Shown here piece by piece: positions 40,229-52,012 of a DNA stretch of 64,000 nucleotides. The translations under genes were made by a program, and so were the position numbers. Numbering within the stretch: the first letter of the stretch is position 1; every line of letters begins with the position of its first letter. Under the pieces are notes generated by a model. It saw nothing but the letters and a program-made list of their open reading frames with translations, was not told the DNA's origin and ran no database searches. The DNA is from Octopus sinensis (taxonomy: Eukaryota), in NCBI RefSeq assembly GCF_006345805.1, contig NC_043010.1:37386001-37450000 (forward strand), given 5' to 3'.

Positions 40229-41825
40229 GGAGATGATGTGTAATGGGGAAGGTGTTGTACATAGGCCTAAAGCAGTTTTTATTTGGGGTGGAGGAGAGAG
40301 GGCTATGATTGTTTTCTATTTTTGTTTACCCAGTTATTTCCTATTGCTTGTACTACCATCAAGACCACTATCCCCCCCACACACACACACTTGTAATATT
40401 CCTGCCACATCACTTCCATCATTGTCACCACCACCACCACCAATCTTCCAACCTTCAGCTATAACACTGTTGCCAAGCCTACATTTCTTTACTTCCCAAA
40501 GACAAAAGAGAAATAGGAGGAAGTAGATGGCTGAGGTGTATGGTAGGGATATCCACCTCATGAACACCCCCAGATACACACAGAATCCTTTCCCCTACCC
40601 TACCCATTGCTCACCAACTTGGCCACCATTCCTACAAACACCACCACCACCCAGTGGGGGCATTACCTTTTTCTTCAAATGGAAATTCAATCAAACCAAA
40701 TTCTTCTCTCCACCCTTTACTTGCTCCCCCACTCTACCACCCCTTTCCTATTTTTTTTTTTGTCACCCTTCCTCTACCCAAGGCTGGTAGATAATTAAGT
40801 ATTCACTACCACCTCCTCTTACTGCGCCCTCATCAACCCTTTTTTATGGTTGTCTATGTTAATGTATATGTGTGTCCCTATATTTGTGTGTGTGTGTGTG
40901 TATCTCTATAACCCTCACACACAAACACACATGCACTTACACACAAGTGCATGCACTCTTTCCAGCTCTTTAACTCCTGTCTGTCTCTCATTCTATCAGG
41001 CTTACATCCATACATACACATCCTACCCCCACAGTCACTGTGTCTTTTTCCTCTTTCTCTCCATTCGCTCCCTCTCTCTCCAGTTCTCACTCTTTCTCTC
41101 TCTTTCCACACACACACACACACACTGTCTTCACAGTTATTTTCACACCCCAGTCACTATAAACTCCTCCACCAACAACAAGGAAAGAGTTTCTACAGGG
41201 TCATTTAACTTGCCAGATATAGCAACTAGACTCCCTCATATCACATGTAATTACTTTCTTTAAAAGAGGGAATTCAGTGATTAGAAGGACATGATGGCCA
41301 CAATGGGACTATCTTTAAAAGCACAACTATAACATTTTCTACACATTGGCTTGCCTTGCTTGACCTGCTCAATGCAAGAGCCAAATTATTCTCATCAATT
41401 TCAACTCCCCTCACTGTCAGGGCCCTCTTAACTGTTTTGTAGGGTACCTAGGCAAAGTAGTATACTGGGTGACCTGGCCTATACTATTTATTTAATGACA
41501 GCAAGCCACAACCTACATAAATTAGCAATGGACCCCTAAACTTGTGTCTCTCCTTCATCAGGAAACTACTCAGTGCATTTAAATGGCACTCTAATATCCT
41601 TAATTCCAAGGCAGCCATATTCATTGTGAAGACTAAGTGTAGGTCAAAACCCTGGATTTTTTGTCTGAATCAAAATCTCTGTTGCAGAAAATGTCAGAAT
41701 CTGTAAAAAAGAAAAAAAAACAGACAGGGGTGCTTATTGGGCACTTCCACCAAAAATATAACTGAGGGAGTTTTCTGTTCTTTCACACTTTAACTTAGGG
41801 GTTTTTTTTCCAAAGGGATTGTGCC

Positions 41826-42215
41826 TTAACCCTTTCGTTACCAACTTGACTGAAACCAGCTCTAGCTCTGTACTACAAAAGTCTTGTTTTCATAAGTTTT
41901 TAATCAAAATCTTCCACCAAACCTTCAAGCAACCCTTCAAGCTGGTTTATCTGCTCTCAAAACTCTGTATCCTTCATTTGTTTGCTTTAACCCTTTTGTT
42001 ACCAACCCGACTGAAACTGGCCCTAGCTCTGAGTACAAATGTCTTGTTTTCATAAGTTTTGAATTAAAATCTTCCACCAAACCTTAGTCACAATTTATGT
42101 TCCCAACACTAGCTGAATGATGACTAATTTATTTTACTAAATTCTTTGTTATATTTAAAATAATTGAAAAAAACACAGAGCATCTCAAAATAGATATGGT
42201 AACAAAAGGGTTAAG
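41826..42215. mobile_element. Composite TTAA-MITE: partial MITE, captured MAEA exon/intron fragment, then full MITE
   Basis: TTAACCCTTTCGTTACC start and GGTAACAAAAGGGTTAA end. 41928-42021 matches 49331-49424 with very few substitutions. Confidence 0.85.
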
Positions 42216-43036
42216 GGGGTTTGTTCTAGTGGGGTTTTGTCTGGATCCTGTGAAGACCAGGTCCATAGAAGCTTGCTCCTTAGACCACTTTGCCCTTGAG
42301 GAAAGGTTTTTGTATATAACAGTGTAATTAGTGTTAGCATTCTTAATCCTTTGACCACCCTTGTGAAGCATAAGCTACCAGCAAGATATCTCCATCTGTC
42401 TTGATCTTTGGCAATGGATTGCAGTTGTCCTTCGGTGTAACTCCCTGCCAGTACTTCTGTTTCTGTGGACTTTCATGATTTTTGGACTACCACAGTTGTG
42501 TAATGTAGTGAATATTATTAAACAGCTAATTAAAGATAATTATGAGTGAGGAAATGACAATATTAGTTCTATAATTAATATTTTAACCATTTCAAGACAG
42601 TGAGCTGGCAAAATCGTTAGCATGCTCGGTAAAAGGCTTAACGGCATTTCGTCTGTCTTTACGTTCTGAGTTCAAATTTTATTAAAGTTGACTTTGCCTT
42701 TCAACCTTTCAGGGTCGATGTAATTGACTTCCACCAATCTTGCTGGCCATGTTCCAAAATTTGGAACTAATATTTTAATTAGTTCAGCAAATATGAGGGG
42801 GGACAACTCTAATCATGTTTTAATATTATTAGATCTCCTCAGCTAAGTGACAGCATTTTAAGGTAAAACTAATTACTAGGGTTAATATCTCTATTGGATG
42901 AGGGTTGAGTTACAACTCATTCACAACATCTACAACCTATCTTCATCATTTAACTTCTGCTTTCCATGCTAGGATGGGCTGAACAGTGTATGGTTCATTT
43001 TTTTTCTTTGTAATAGATCAATGTGATGACTCCTTC

Positions 43037-43266
43037 TTTAACCCTTTCGTTACTGTATTTATTTTGAGGTGCTCTGTGTTTCTTTCAATTACTTTAAATA
43101 TAACAAAGAATTTAGTAAAATAACTTGGTTATCATTCAGCTAATGTTAGGAACATAAATTGTGACTTAGGTTTGGTGGAAGATTTTAATTCAGAATTTAT
43201 GAAAACAAGACATTTGTACTACAGAGCCAGAGCCGGTTTCAGCCGGGTTGGTAATGAAAGGGTTAA
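43037..43266. mobile_element. Complete TTAA-flanked MITE
   Basis: TTAACCCTTTCGTTAC / GTAATGAAAGGGTTAA. Confidence 0.8.
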
Positions 43267-43400
43267 AACATTGAAATTTTGGTTAAAAAGAACATGGATG
43301 TGTGGTTAAGAAGTTCTCTCCCCAACCACATGGTTTTAGGTTCAGTAACTGTGTAGCACCTCGGGCAGCTGCCTTCTACTGTTGCCCTTGGCTGACCAAA

Positions 43401-43560
43401 GGAAAGCCATGGTCTGTCACAAACTGTGCACACAAAAACATCATTGTGATTCACCTTCTCAATCATAACATTCTTCCTTGAATCTCTCTTGAGTCTTGCA
43501 TGCTTTATCCTGGTCTCTCCACACTTTTGGCCATTGACTGATGAGGAATTACCAGCAAAG
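43401..43560 (-). mobile_element. RTE LINE C-terminal fragment (first zinc finger), truncated by a SINE
   Basis: IKHARLKRDSRKNVMIEKVNHNDVFVCTVCDRPWLSF; nucleotide similarity to 29895-29980. Confidence 0.7.
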
Positions 43561-43789
43561 TTTCTATTTATGCATAATTAAATCTCAGAATGAGATTGAA
43601 ACAGTAATCGCTCGATAATGTAAAGTATAGAAGCCATATTATCATGGCTAACCACATTGGGGAGGGGGTGTTACTGTAGCTTTATAGCCCCAAGAGTTCT
43701 TAGTCTCTAGCTGGCTTTAGACACAATATCAGTGTCCTTGGAGTATTTGCAAAGGGAGGCCATCCCTTCCTCGCAAGCCTGAGTGATAC

Positions 43790-43830
43790 GCTCGAACTAG
43801 TTTCGGGATTGTTGTCCCTCGTCGTTTTTG
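43790..43830 (-). ncRNA. Degenerate minimal hammerhead motif
   Basis: Minus strand CGACGA-GGGA CAACAA UCCC-GAAACUAGUU. Perfect stem II and palindromic ACUAGU stem III; CUGA core and stem I are damaged. Confidence 0.45.
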
Positions 43831-43879
43831 TAAAATTCTCTGTTTGTTGTGTTTCTGTAATGTATATATATATTTCTTT

Positions 43880-44096
43880 ATTGCCCACAAGGGGTTAAAC
43901 ATAGAGGGGACAAAGACAATGGGATTAAGTCGATTACATCGATTCCAGTTCGTAACTGGTACTTTATTTATTGACCCCGAAAGGATGAAAGTAAAAGTTG
44001 ACCTCGGCAGAATTTGAACTCAGAACGTAACGGCAGACGAAATACGGCTACGCATTTCGCCCGGTGTGCTAACGATTCTGCCAGCTCGCCGCCTTA
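43880..44096 (-). mobile_element. Third tRNA-SINE family (Meta-domain-like core), well-preserved copy; tandem pair at 52478-52930(+), another at 59466-59690(+)
   Basis: Head GGCGGCGAGCTGGCAGAATCGTTAGCAC, B box GAGTTCAAATTC, core CTTTCATCCTTTCGGGGTCAATAAATAAAGTACCAG. Confidence 0.8.
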
Positions 44097-44699
44097 TGTA
44101 ATGTATATATGTATGTATGTATCCATGTATGGTTGTAAACATGCAGTTTAGCAAAAGAGATTGATAGAATAACTACAATGCTTTTTTGTTTTTGTTTTTA
44201 AGTATTGATTCATTTGACTAAACCCTTCAAGGCAGAGCTCCAGCATGGCCACAGTCCAATGACTGAAACAAACAAAAATAGCTTCCAAAGTATTTCTTCC
44301 CCATTTCATTTGGCTTTTTGTTATTTATTTTTATTTTTATTTATTATAGAAGTTTATTTGCATTTTACAAAAAAATAATTTAACCACCAGAAAAATGGGG
44401 TTTCTTTTTTTTCGTTTTATAGTCTCTCTGTCTACAATGTTTATAAATATGGGAAAACTATCTGTTATTAGCATAGCTAGGGGGTCTGATTCTGACAAAA
44501 CAGAGAGTACAGGCCTTAGTATTTCCAGGATGTGAATGTGTTTGTGTGTACATGTTTGTATATTTGTGTATTAGTTTTGCATGTTGTTGTATATTAGATA
44601 CAACTACTACTACTACTATTACTATAGTAGACAACTGATACAAGAGCTTTTTTTGTTTTTGTGTGTATGTGTTTGTATGTAAATGATGTGGCTACCTAA

Positions 44700-44739
44700 A
44701 TAAATGTACATGTGTGTGTGTGTACGTGTAAATTAGTAC

Positions 44740-44776
<37 letters not shown>

Positions 44777-45124
44777 CATATATATATGTATGTATGTATG
44801 TATGTGTATATGTATGTATGTATGTATGTGTATATGTATGTATGTATGTGTATATGTATGTGTATATGTATGTATATATGTATGTATATATGTATGTGTA
44901 TATGTATGTATATATGTATGTATATATGTATGTATATATGATGTGTATATGTATGTGTATATGTATGTGATATGTATGTGTACATGTAGTATGTATGTAA
45001 TGTATGTATATATGTATGTATGGTATATATGTATATGTATGTATATGTATATATATATGTATTATATATATATATATATGTATATATATATGTATTTAGA
45101 TATATATATGTATCTATATATATG

Positions 45125-45161
<37 letters not shown>

Positions 45162-45290
45162 TTATGTATAGTTAAGTATATATATATATATGTGTGTATA
45201 TATATATATGTGTATATATATATGCACACATATATAAAGACACACATACACACACACACACACATGCATATACATGCTCATGCACTCACT

Positions 45291-45327
<37 letters not shown>

Positions 45328-45330
45328 TTG
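44700..45330. repeat. Long compound (TA)/(TATG)/(CA) microsatellite; similar tracts at 55820-56160 and 57130-57460
   Basis: Direct reading of the sequence. Confidence 0.95.
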
Positions 45331-45466
45331 TGTTCATTGTGTGTGTGTGTGTCTGATAATTAAGCACAAACACACACAGTGGGAAGGAAGCACATGTTCT
45401 ATATATATTATTGCCAAGGCAGGAATGTTGAAAAACTTAAGGACATCTGTCTATCTACTCTAATGC

Positions 45467-45516
<50 letters not shown>

Positions 45517-46849
45517 CTTGCTAGTGAAAAAAAAGGTCCTCCTCCCCCACCTTTCCCCTGTTGGATGTGTCACTGTTCATAAAATGCTTCATGGTGGAGT
45601 GTTACACCACCCCTTTATCTATCTAACCCAACCACACCCTCTTCTTACTGCCCAGTCTTCCATAGTCTGACCTAAACTACTATGAAAAGAGTTTTTTTTT
45701 TTGTCCTCCCACCTTCCACTGTACCCCACCACCACCACCACCTCCTTTACTACTTCCCCACTGCCACTCCAGCAAGCCATTAGTGGTAAATACCAACCTC
45801 ATGCACAACCTTCTACCTCCCCACCAACACACTCCCCATCAAGTGATTGATGTATCTTGAAACCTGGGGGCCCCCAAAGCTAACTGTATTCTACTTGTTC
45901 ACTCAGTTGTAAACCAAACTTTCTACAGTAAACATAGTGTGCCTCTCTCTTTTACTCCCTCCTCTCTTTTTCTCTCTTACACCCTCTCTCTCCCCTACAC
46001 ACACACACATTCTTTTTTCATTGTAGACCAGCATGCTTTCTGATGGAGAAAGCATGAAACTTAAAGCTTAGAGAAAATTCAGTCAAATAAATACAACTAT
46101 ACTTTCTATCATCTATTGAGTACTTTTGGGTTATCTCACCCCCATTAAAAAATTGGGTTATCTCCCCACTAAAAAAATTGAGTTTATGTGACGACAAGAG
46201 ATTGGATTAAAAGAGATCCTTTTGATTCAATACTTCAACACATTGTTGAAGTTTGGCCTCCTTAATAGGCATGGTATGATTTGTTATAAAAGTGGCATTT
46301 CATCCGTCTTTACATTCAGAGTTCAAATTTTGCTAAGGTCAACTTTGCCTTTCATCCATTCGGGAAGCTCAGTGTAACCAGCTAGCTCCCTCCCAAGAAA
46401 TTTCTGGCCTTGTGCCCCTAGTAGAAAGGATTAAATTACTACTGTTGTTGTTGTTGTACAGGCCATTCGTCTCTTTGAAGTTCAATAAAAGTGTCTGTAC
46501 TGTGAACGTATGCGTGCACATGGAGAAAGATATCATTGCGTATAACATGGTGACTGATATCCCACTTCCCACGACATTTTACTTTCAGTGAGAGAGGAGT
46601 GTAATTGATCTAAGGGAGGTAACCCAGCTGTATATATTTTTTATTTTTTTACATACGTATATGCCAGTATAGGGTAGTTCATAAATGGTTTTGATATATA
46701 TATATATACACATCCACATTCACCTTCATAAGGGCATGTTGGACATGCACAAAATAACATATATGGATCATAAGGTCAAATTTTGGTTATTATTTGTTAT
46801 GAATTAATTATTGATAATTAACCTTCTAGAACTTTTCCTCTCTCTAGAT

Positions 46850-47410
46850 TTTCCATCCAAATCCACAACCTACAAAAAGTTCAATGTAAACATTAATTGC
46901 AATTCTTTCACCTGTCTAGGAAGACTTGTTAAAGGTAACAAAGTACTGCTTCTCAGAACTTTCTTTGTTAAAACATGCCATCTTGAACATAGCCCAGAAC
47001 ACTTGTTAATTATACAGTGCTCCTACTACTTACAGTAAGCAACATCTATTTACGGTCCATAGATGACTTCTTTCTTTCTGTCATGAATGACCATGGATGA
47101 AGACCCCAGTTGTCTACCCAACTGGAACCTTGTTGCCTGTGACTGAAGTTTGATACACAAATGGCAGTCCCTACCCTGTAAGCCTCTGGGCTGTTTGCAG
47201 TGGTGTTCTTTGTGGGTCCACCATTCTTCCAGTGTGTTCATCAATCTCTCCAGTATGGGATGTCCAATAGGATCCAAGCCTGGCATAATGGTATGGACAG
47301 GTTGTTGCGCATACAGTGTATCCCCCTGATCTCCACAACACAGATGGCTCAGAAGGAACAGTATGGTCATAACAATTTGGCACCAATGTCATCACAGGAG
47401 TTGCCAAAAT
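46850..47410 (-). mobile_element. Degenerate RTE-like RT fragment
   Basis: Residual motifs resembling the RT region around RQGSVLSP; many stops and frameshifts. Confidence 0.4.
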
Positions 47411-48901
47411 GAGGTTGTAGATCAGCGGTTCTTAACCATTTTTTACCAATGGGTCTTAATCTGGCCCTGTATGCAGTTCAAAATCATTCTTATACAAGAC
47501 AAAGGATGAAGTCTCTAATTGCATCAGCAATGATTGTTTTATTTTTATCAGTGTGCAATATTGTCTACTGCGCCTACAACTACAACAGGGAGGGAGCTTC
47601 ATCATGGTTACATAACTTGTTAGAAATAGCAACCAAATCTCCATCAAATAACACACCCCACTGTATTAAAAGAAATAAAGATGATCACATTGAATAACGT
47701 AGACTGGGTTACAACTATGCATGGAAAGAATTTTAGTGGGTAGTGGTCATGGTTTGAATATCTTTGATCATAAATTTGCTGGACCAGGGTTGATCTGGGG
47801 CTGGTAAACTGCTACAAATGGACATCAGCAGCAGTAACACTTGTCAGATATGAGCAATACCAACAGTAGTAGTGGTGGTGGTGGCGGTGGTGGTGGTAGG
47901 GTGTGATAAATGGTGAGCCATTGATGACAACAGCAGCAGCAGAAGCAATACCAGTGGGACCTAGTGTCAGGTGTACTTCTAATTTCATTGAATACCATTT
48001 ATGACAGCTTCTCATTGACAACCAGTTTGTGTGTGTAACATCAATAAGGGAACGTCTACGTGGTCGTAAGACCTGCTAGAAATAGCAGCCAAATCACCCT
48101 CACATCACATCTTACTTTCTTAGAAAAGGACATGGACATGATACTCAGTTCCTTGCATGTGGGGAAAAAGACACAATGGCCACAGCTGAGGACTGTTTGA
48201 TCAGGGGTTAAACTACAGCTACATTGTGTGGGTTAGATAGGGGTCAATGAGGAGCCTTAACATGGCTACTAAACTTGTTAGAAATAGAAGCCAAAATCTC
48301 TTTCAAACCACATTCTATTGCCATCAAGCGGTCACACTGGATAATGTAGTCCGTGATGCACTCTTCCACAAGAAAAGACAGTATAGGCATGGTTGGACTG
48401 ACTCTTATTAGAGGTCTGTCATCTTTGACATGGTTTTAAATGACATCTCATGTGTTTCTATGTAGGAATTTACATTAGTGTGTGTGTTCTGCAACCATTC
48501 GCTTTTGGGTTTAGTCCCTCTGTACAGCACCTTGGGTCAGTGTCTTCTATCATATAGCCCCTGGCTGACCAATGCCATGTGAGTGAATTTAATAAACAGA
48601 AACTGTGGAAATTTGTCATAGTCCCCACTGTCTCTTGAAAACCAGTGTTGGTTTGTTTATTTCCTCTTAATAGTTCGACAAAAGAGACCAATAGAATAAG
48701 TAATAAATTTTTTTAAAAAAACATAATATTGGGGTCAATATGTGCCCCAGGATAACTGCAATCCAATGATTAAAGCAAATAGATGAAAGTCCATCTTACA
48801 ATATCATATTTGGAATGGTGAATCTTGAAGCAGCTAAAGTTATAAATAATAGTGTGACTGTATTGGGTTAAAAAAAATTTCTTTGGATAGAAAAAATTGA
48901 A

Positions 48902-48972
48902 GGCTGTCATGTGACTTGAACCCACATATCCTGTACACATGACAGATGTTCTACCATTAGACCAAAACAACC
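48902..48972 (-). pseudogene. tRNA-like pseudogene (Thr-like) or tRNA-derived SINE head
   Basis: Minus strand folds by eye: acceptor stem GGUUGUU/GACAGCC, D loop with UAAUGGUA, anticodon stem UCUGU/ACAGG with UGU in the loop centre, T loop GUUCAAGU. Position 33 and one T-stem pair are non-canonical. A partial second copy lies at 49158-49197. Confidence 0.5.
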
Positions 48973-49235
48973 TTTCAAATTTCTTTATTCGCTTTAGAAT
49001 CTTTATTTGTAGTAGTGAGAATTGCATGCTTTTCATGTCATAAGAATTTAGAAACCAAGTGAAAACAGTGGAATATTATTCTTTGGAACAGTGAAACTCA
49101 AAATAGATAAAGCTATAAATAATAGCATGTTAATGTTGGATGATAGAAAAAGTCAAAGGCTGTCTGTAGGACTTGAACCGACATCTCCTGTAAACATATC
49201 TATTTTTTTAATATTCTTTGTTTTTCTATTTGCAG

Positions 49236-49369
49236 GAACTTCTCGATCCGAACCGATGGCAGGGATTAGTGCAACAGTTCAGAGAAGACAACTTCAAGCT
49301 ACATCAGTTGAACAACATGGCTGTCTTTACAGCAACCCTTCAAGCTGGTTTATCTGCTCTCAAAACTCC
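49236..49369 (+). CDS. MAEA: MAEA coding exon (equivalent to human exon 7; CRA-domain region)
   Basis: Polypyrimidine tract plus TGCAG acceptor, then [44 protein letters not shown](P). Aligns by eye to human [49 protein letters not shown]. 134 nt, ends in phase 2 at GTATCC. Confidence 0.96.
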
Positions 49370-50509
49370 GTATCCTTCATTTGTTTGCTTTAACGCTTTT
49401 GTTACCAACCCGACTGAAACTGGCTCTATAGTAAGAAGCTTTCTTCCCAACCACTTGGCCAGGTTGAGTCCCACTGCATGGTACCTTGGGCCGGTATCTT
49501 CAGGCCAACCAAACTTGTGAGTGGATTTGGTAGAAGGAAACTGAAAGAAGCCCATCATGTATACTTGTGTGTGTGTGAAACCATCACTTGGTTTGTTTAC
49601 ATCCCTGCAACTTAGCAGTTCAGCAAAAAATTGATAGAATATGTATCGGTCTAATGACTGAAACACGCAAAAGATAAAGATATAGTCTTATACAAACATT
49701 ATCATTGTTTTTACATCCCCTTTTCAGTAATAGAGTTCTATATTTAAAAGATGAGGGATTATGTACACTATTTACATTATTTACATTTGACGGATATCTG
49801 TCCTCATCTTGTTTGTTGTTAACACATTTCGGCTGATATACCCTCCAGCCTTCATCAGGTGTCTTGGAGAAATTTCAAACCTGAGTTCTCATTACTAAGA
49901 TAGTTTTCGATGTTGAAAAAAGAAAAAAAAAAGGATTTAAAAAATTGATTATTGTGACAAATAGAGAATCTCTTAAATGTGAGATATTCTAACAAGTTTT
50001 GCATACTAAGGTAGTTTTCGATGTTGTTGTTGTTATTGTTGTTATTATCTCTGCCTTGGTGGAGGTATTGTTTCAGTCATGTTTGTTTGTTTGTCCGCTG
50101 ACAACATATCTCAAGAACCACTGGATGGATTCTGATAAAACTTTCAGAGATGTTTGGCCACAAACTGATTTGATTTTGGTATCAGACAAGGATTTTGGTA
50201 CCAGACAAGGATTCTAGATTATTTGTTACATTACTTTACTTTACATGAAGTATTACAATCTTATGTTGACTTTCAAGTCTTTCTCTGATTATCTCCCTTG
50301 AAAGCATGCTCATGGTTACCATGTAAGTTATGGTGGTGTTGCTGTTTCCAAAGTTTTATTTTCATTTTTCTATTATTAATTTTACTCGCGTATCTATCTT
50401 AGTAGATGTAATCAACTCTTCCCCCACCTCCCCCAAATTGCCCTTCTGGCAAAAGTTTGAAATCATTATTATCATCATCATTATTATTTCCTTGACCACT
50501 GTGCTCCAG
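49370..50509 (+). other. U12-type (minor spliceosome) GT-AG intron of MAEA
   Basis: 5' splice site GTATCCTT (49370-49377) matches the U12 consensus RTATCCTT. Branch point TTCCTTGAC (50488-50496) lies 13 nt before the end of the intron, and there is no long polypyrimidine tract. Confidence 0.9.
49822..49863 (-). ncRNA. Degenerate minimal hammerhead motif in a Penelope-type terminal repeat (approx. 49690-49915)
   Basis: Minus strand ACAC-CUGAUGA-A-GGCUG...CAGCC-GAAA-U-GUGU. Core and stems I and II are present, but stem III and the cleavage triplet appear deleted. Confidence 0.55.
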
Positions 50510-50708
50510 ACTATGTTATAAGCCCGAGGAAGAAGTGACCAAGAATCCCGACTGTCCAGTGTGTAGCAAGCACTTGAATGAATTGGCACGGCCCTTACCC
50601 TTTGCTCATTGTGCTAACTCTCGGTTGATTTGTAACATCTCCGGCCTTCCATTAAACGAAAACAATCCCCCAATGATGTTACCCAATGGTCATGTCTATG
50701 GCATGAAT
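50510..50708 (+). CDS. MAEA: MAEA coding exon (equivalent to human exon 8; RING-like region)
   Basis: CC+A completes Pro across the intron, then [66 protein letters not shown], matching human QCYKEDGSSKSPDCPVC...[18 protein letters not shown]. Ends at GTAAGT donor in phase 0. Confidence 0.97.
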
Positions 50709-51160
50709 GTAAGTACAAGCCCTTGACACTTTACTTCAACCCTTTAACAATCAGATGTTTCTTTTGTCAAATGCAGTGTTCATTTATTCACATTGTTTTG
50801 AATTAGCCGTGCTTTATCTTATAGCTTCGAAATTTCAATGATGTGATCATTCATTTTTAGAATGACACTGTATGGTAAGTAAGAGACTAGATTTGGCCAG
50901 GTTCAGCATAAAAGAAATGGAATATTTGAGCCTGATACAGCCATTTTAAATGCTAAAGGGCTAAACATATGCTTGGATGTTTGTGTGTGTTTTAAGAATG
51001 TTTTTGTGTGAGCGTGTCTGTTTTTTGTTTTTGCCTCCTTCTCTCACTCTCTCTCTCTCTTATTATCATCATCGTTTAATGTCCGCTTTCCATGCTGGCA
51101 TATCATTATTTCTCTACCTCCTCTCTCTTTTTCATATCTCCCTCTTTGTCTTTCACTCTA

Positions 51161-51204
<44 letters not shown>

Positions 51205-51777
51205 TCATCATCATCATCGTTTAGCATCCGCTTTCCATGCTGGCATGGGTTGGACGGTGCAACTGGGGTCTGGGAAGCCAGAAGGCTGCACCAGGCCCAG
51301 TCTGATCTGGCAATGTTTCTACGGCTGGATGCCCTTCTTAACGCCAACCACTCCATGAGTGTAGTGGGTGCTTTTTACGTACCACCGGCACAGGTGCCAG
51401 ACGAGGCTGGCAAACAGCCACGATTGGATGGTGCTTTTTACATGCCACCGACATGGAGGCCAGGCGAGGCTGGCAAACAGCCATGATCGGATGGTGCTTT
51501 TTACGTGCGATATTAATAATATCAGGGTAATAAAGATTTTAGAAATTTTTACTACCAGTGGCCTAGTGTATAGAAAAATTAGTCAATAGACTATTTATCG
51601 TTCATGTAAAATACAGTGTACATTTAAACACATTAAGAGGTTTCCATCATAGGAATCCCTTACGCTAGAAAGAACAGCTAAAGTCCAAATTTAGGGATAA
51701 ATTCTCGAAGGAAATGAAAAATAAAAACATCTCTTAATGTGTTTAAATGTACACTGTATTTTATATATATATATATA

Positions 51778-52012
51778 CAGGGTGGCCCAAAAGTAGGTTT
51801 ACAGTTATCCACATTGGCACTTTAAATTTCTTTTAAAACATTTTATTACATTTAAATTTCTATCTTACAAATTGAAAAAGGATCTTGACAAAATTAACTA
51901 AATTAGCATAGAATAATGGTTTCATATTTTTTTATAATTAAGATCTAAATGTTAATATACGAATGCAAAAGAGAAAGTTGAATAGCTGTAAACCTACTTT
52001 TGGGCCAACCTG
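51778..52012. mobile_element. Tc1/mariner MITE inserted in (TA)n
   Basis: TIRs CAGGGTGGCCCAAAAGTAGGTTTACAG / CTGTAAACCTACTTTTGGGCCAACCTG, TA flanked. Confidence 0.85.

Noticed and set aside
43538-43620. CUGAUGA...GAAAC as a hammerhead
   Set aside because: No convincing stem II or stem I. Similar isolated CUGANGA hits at 14725, 24463 and 60946 also lack the flanking structure.
44692-45463. Long ORFs (up to 214 aa) rich in Y/I/M/C/V/H/T
   Set aside because: They are translations of (TA)n/(TG)n/(TATG)n microsatellites. The same applies to ORFs at 2668, 6271, 8628, 24546, 28793, 31476, 55802 and 57122.
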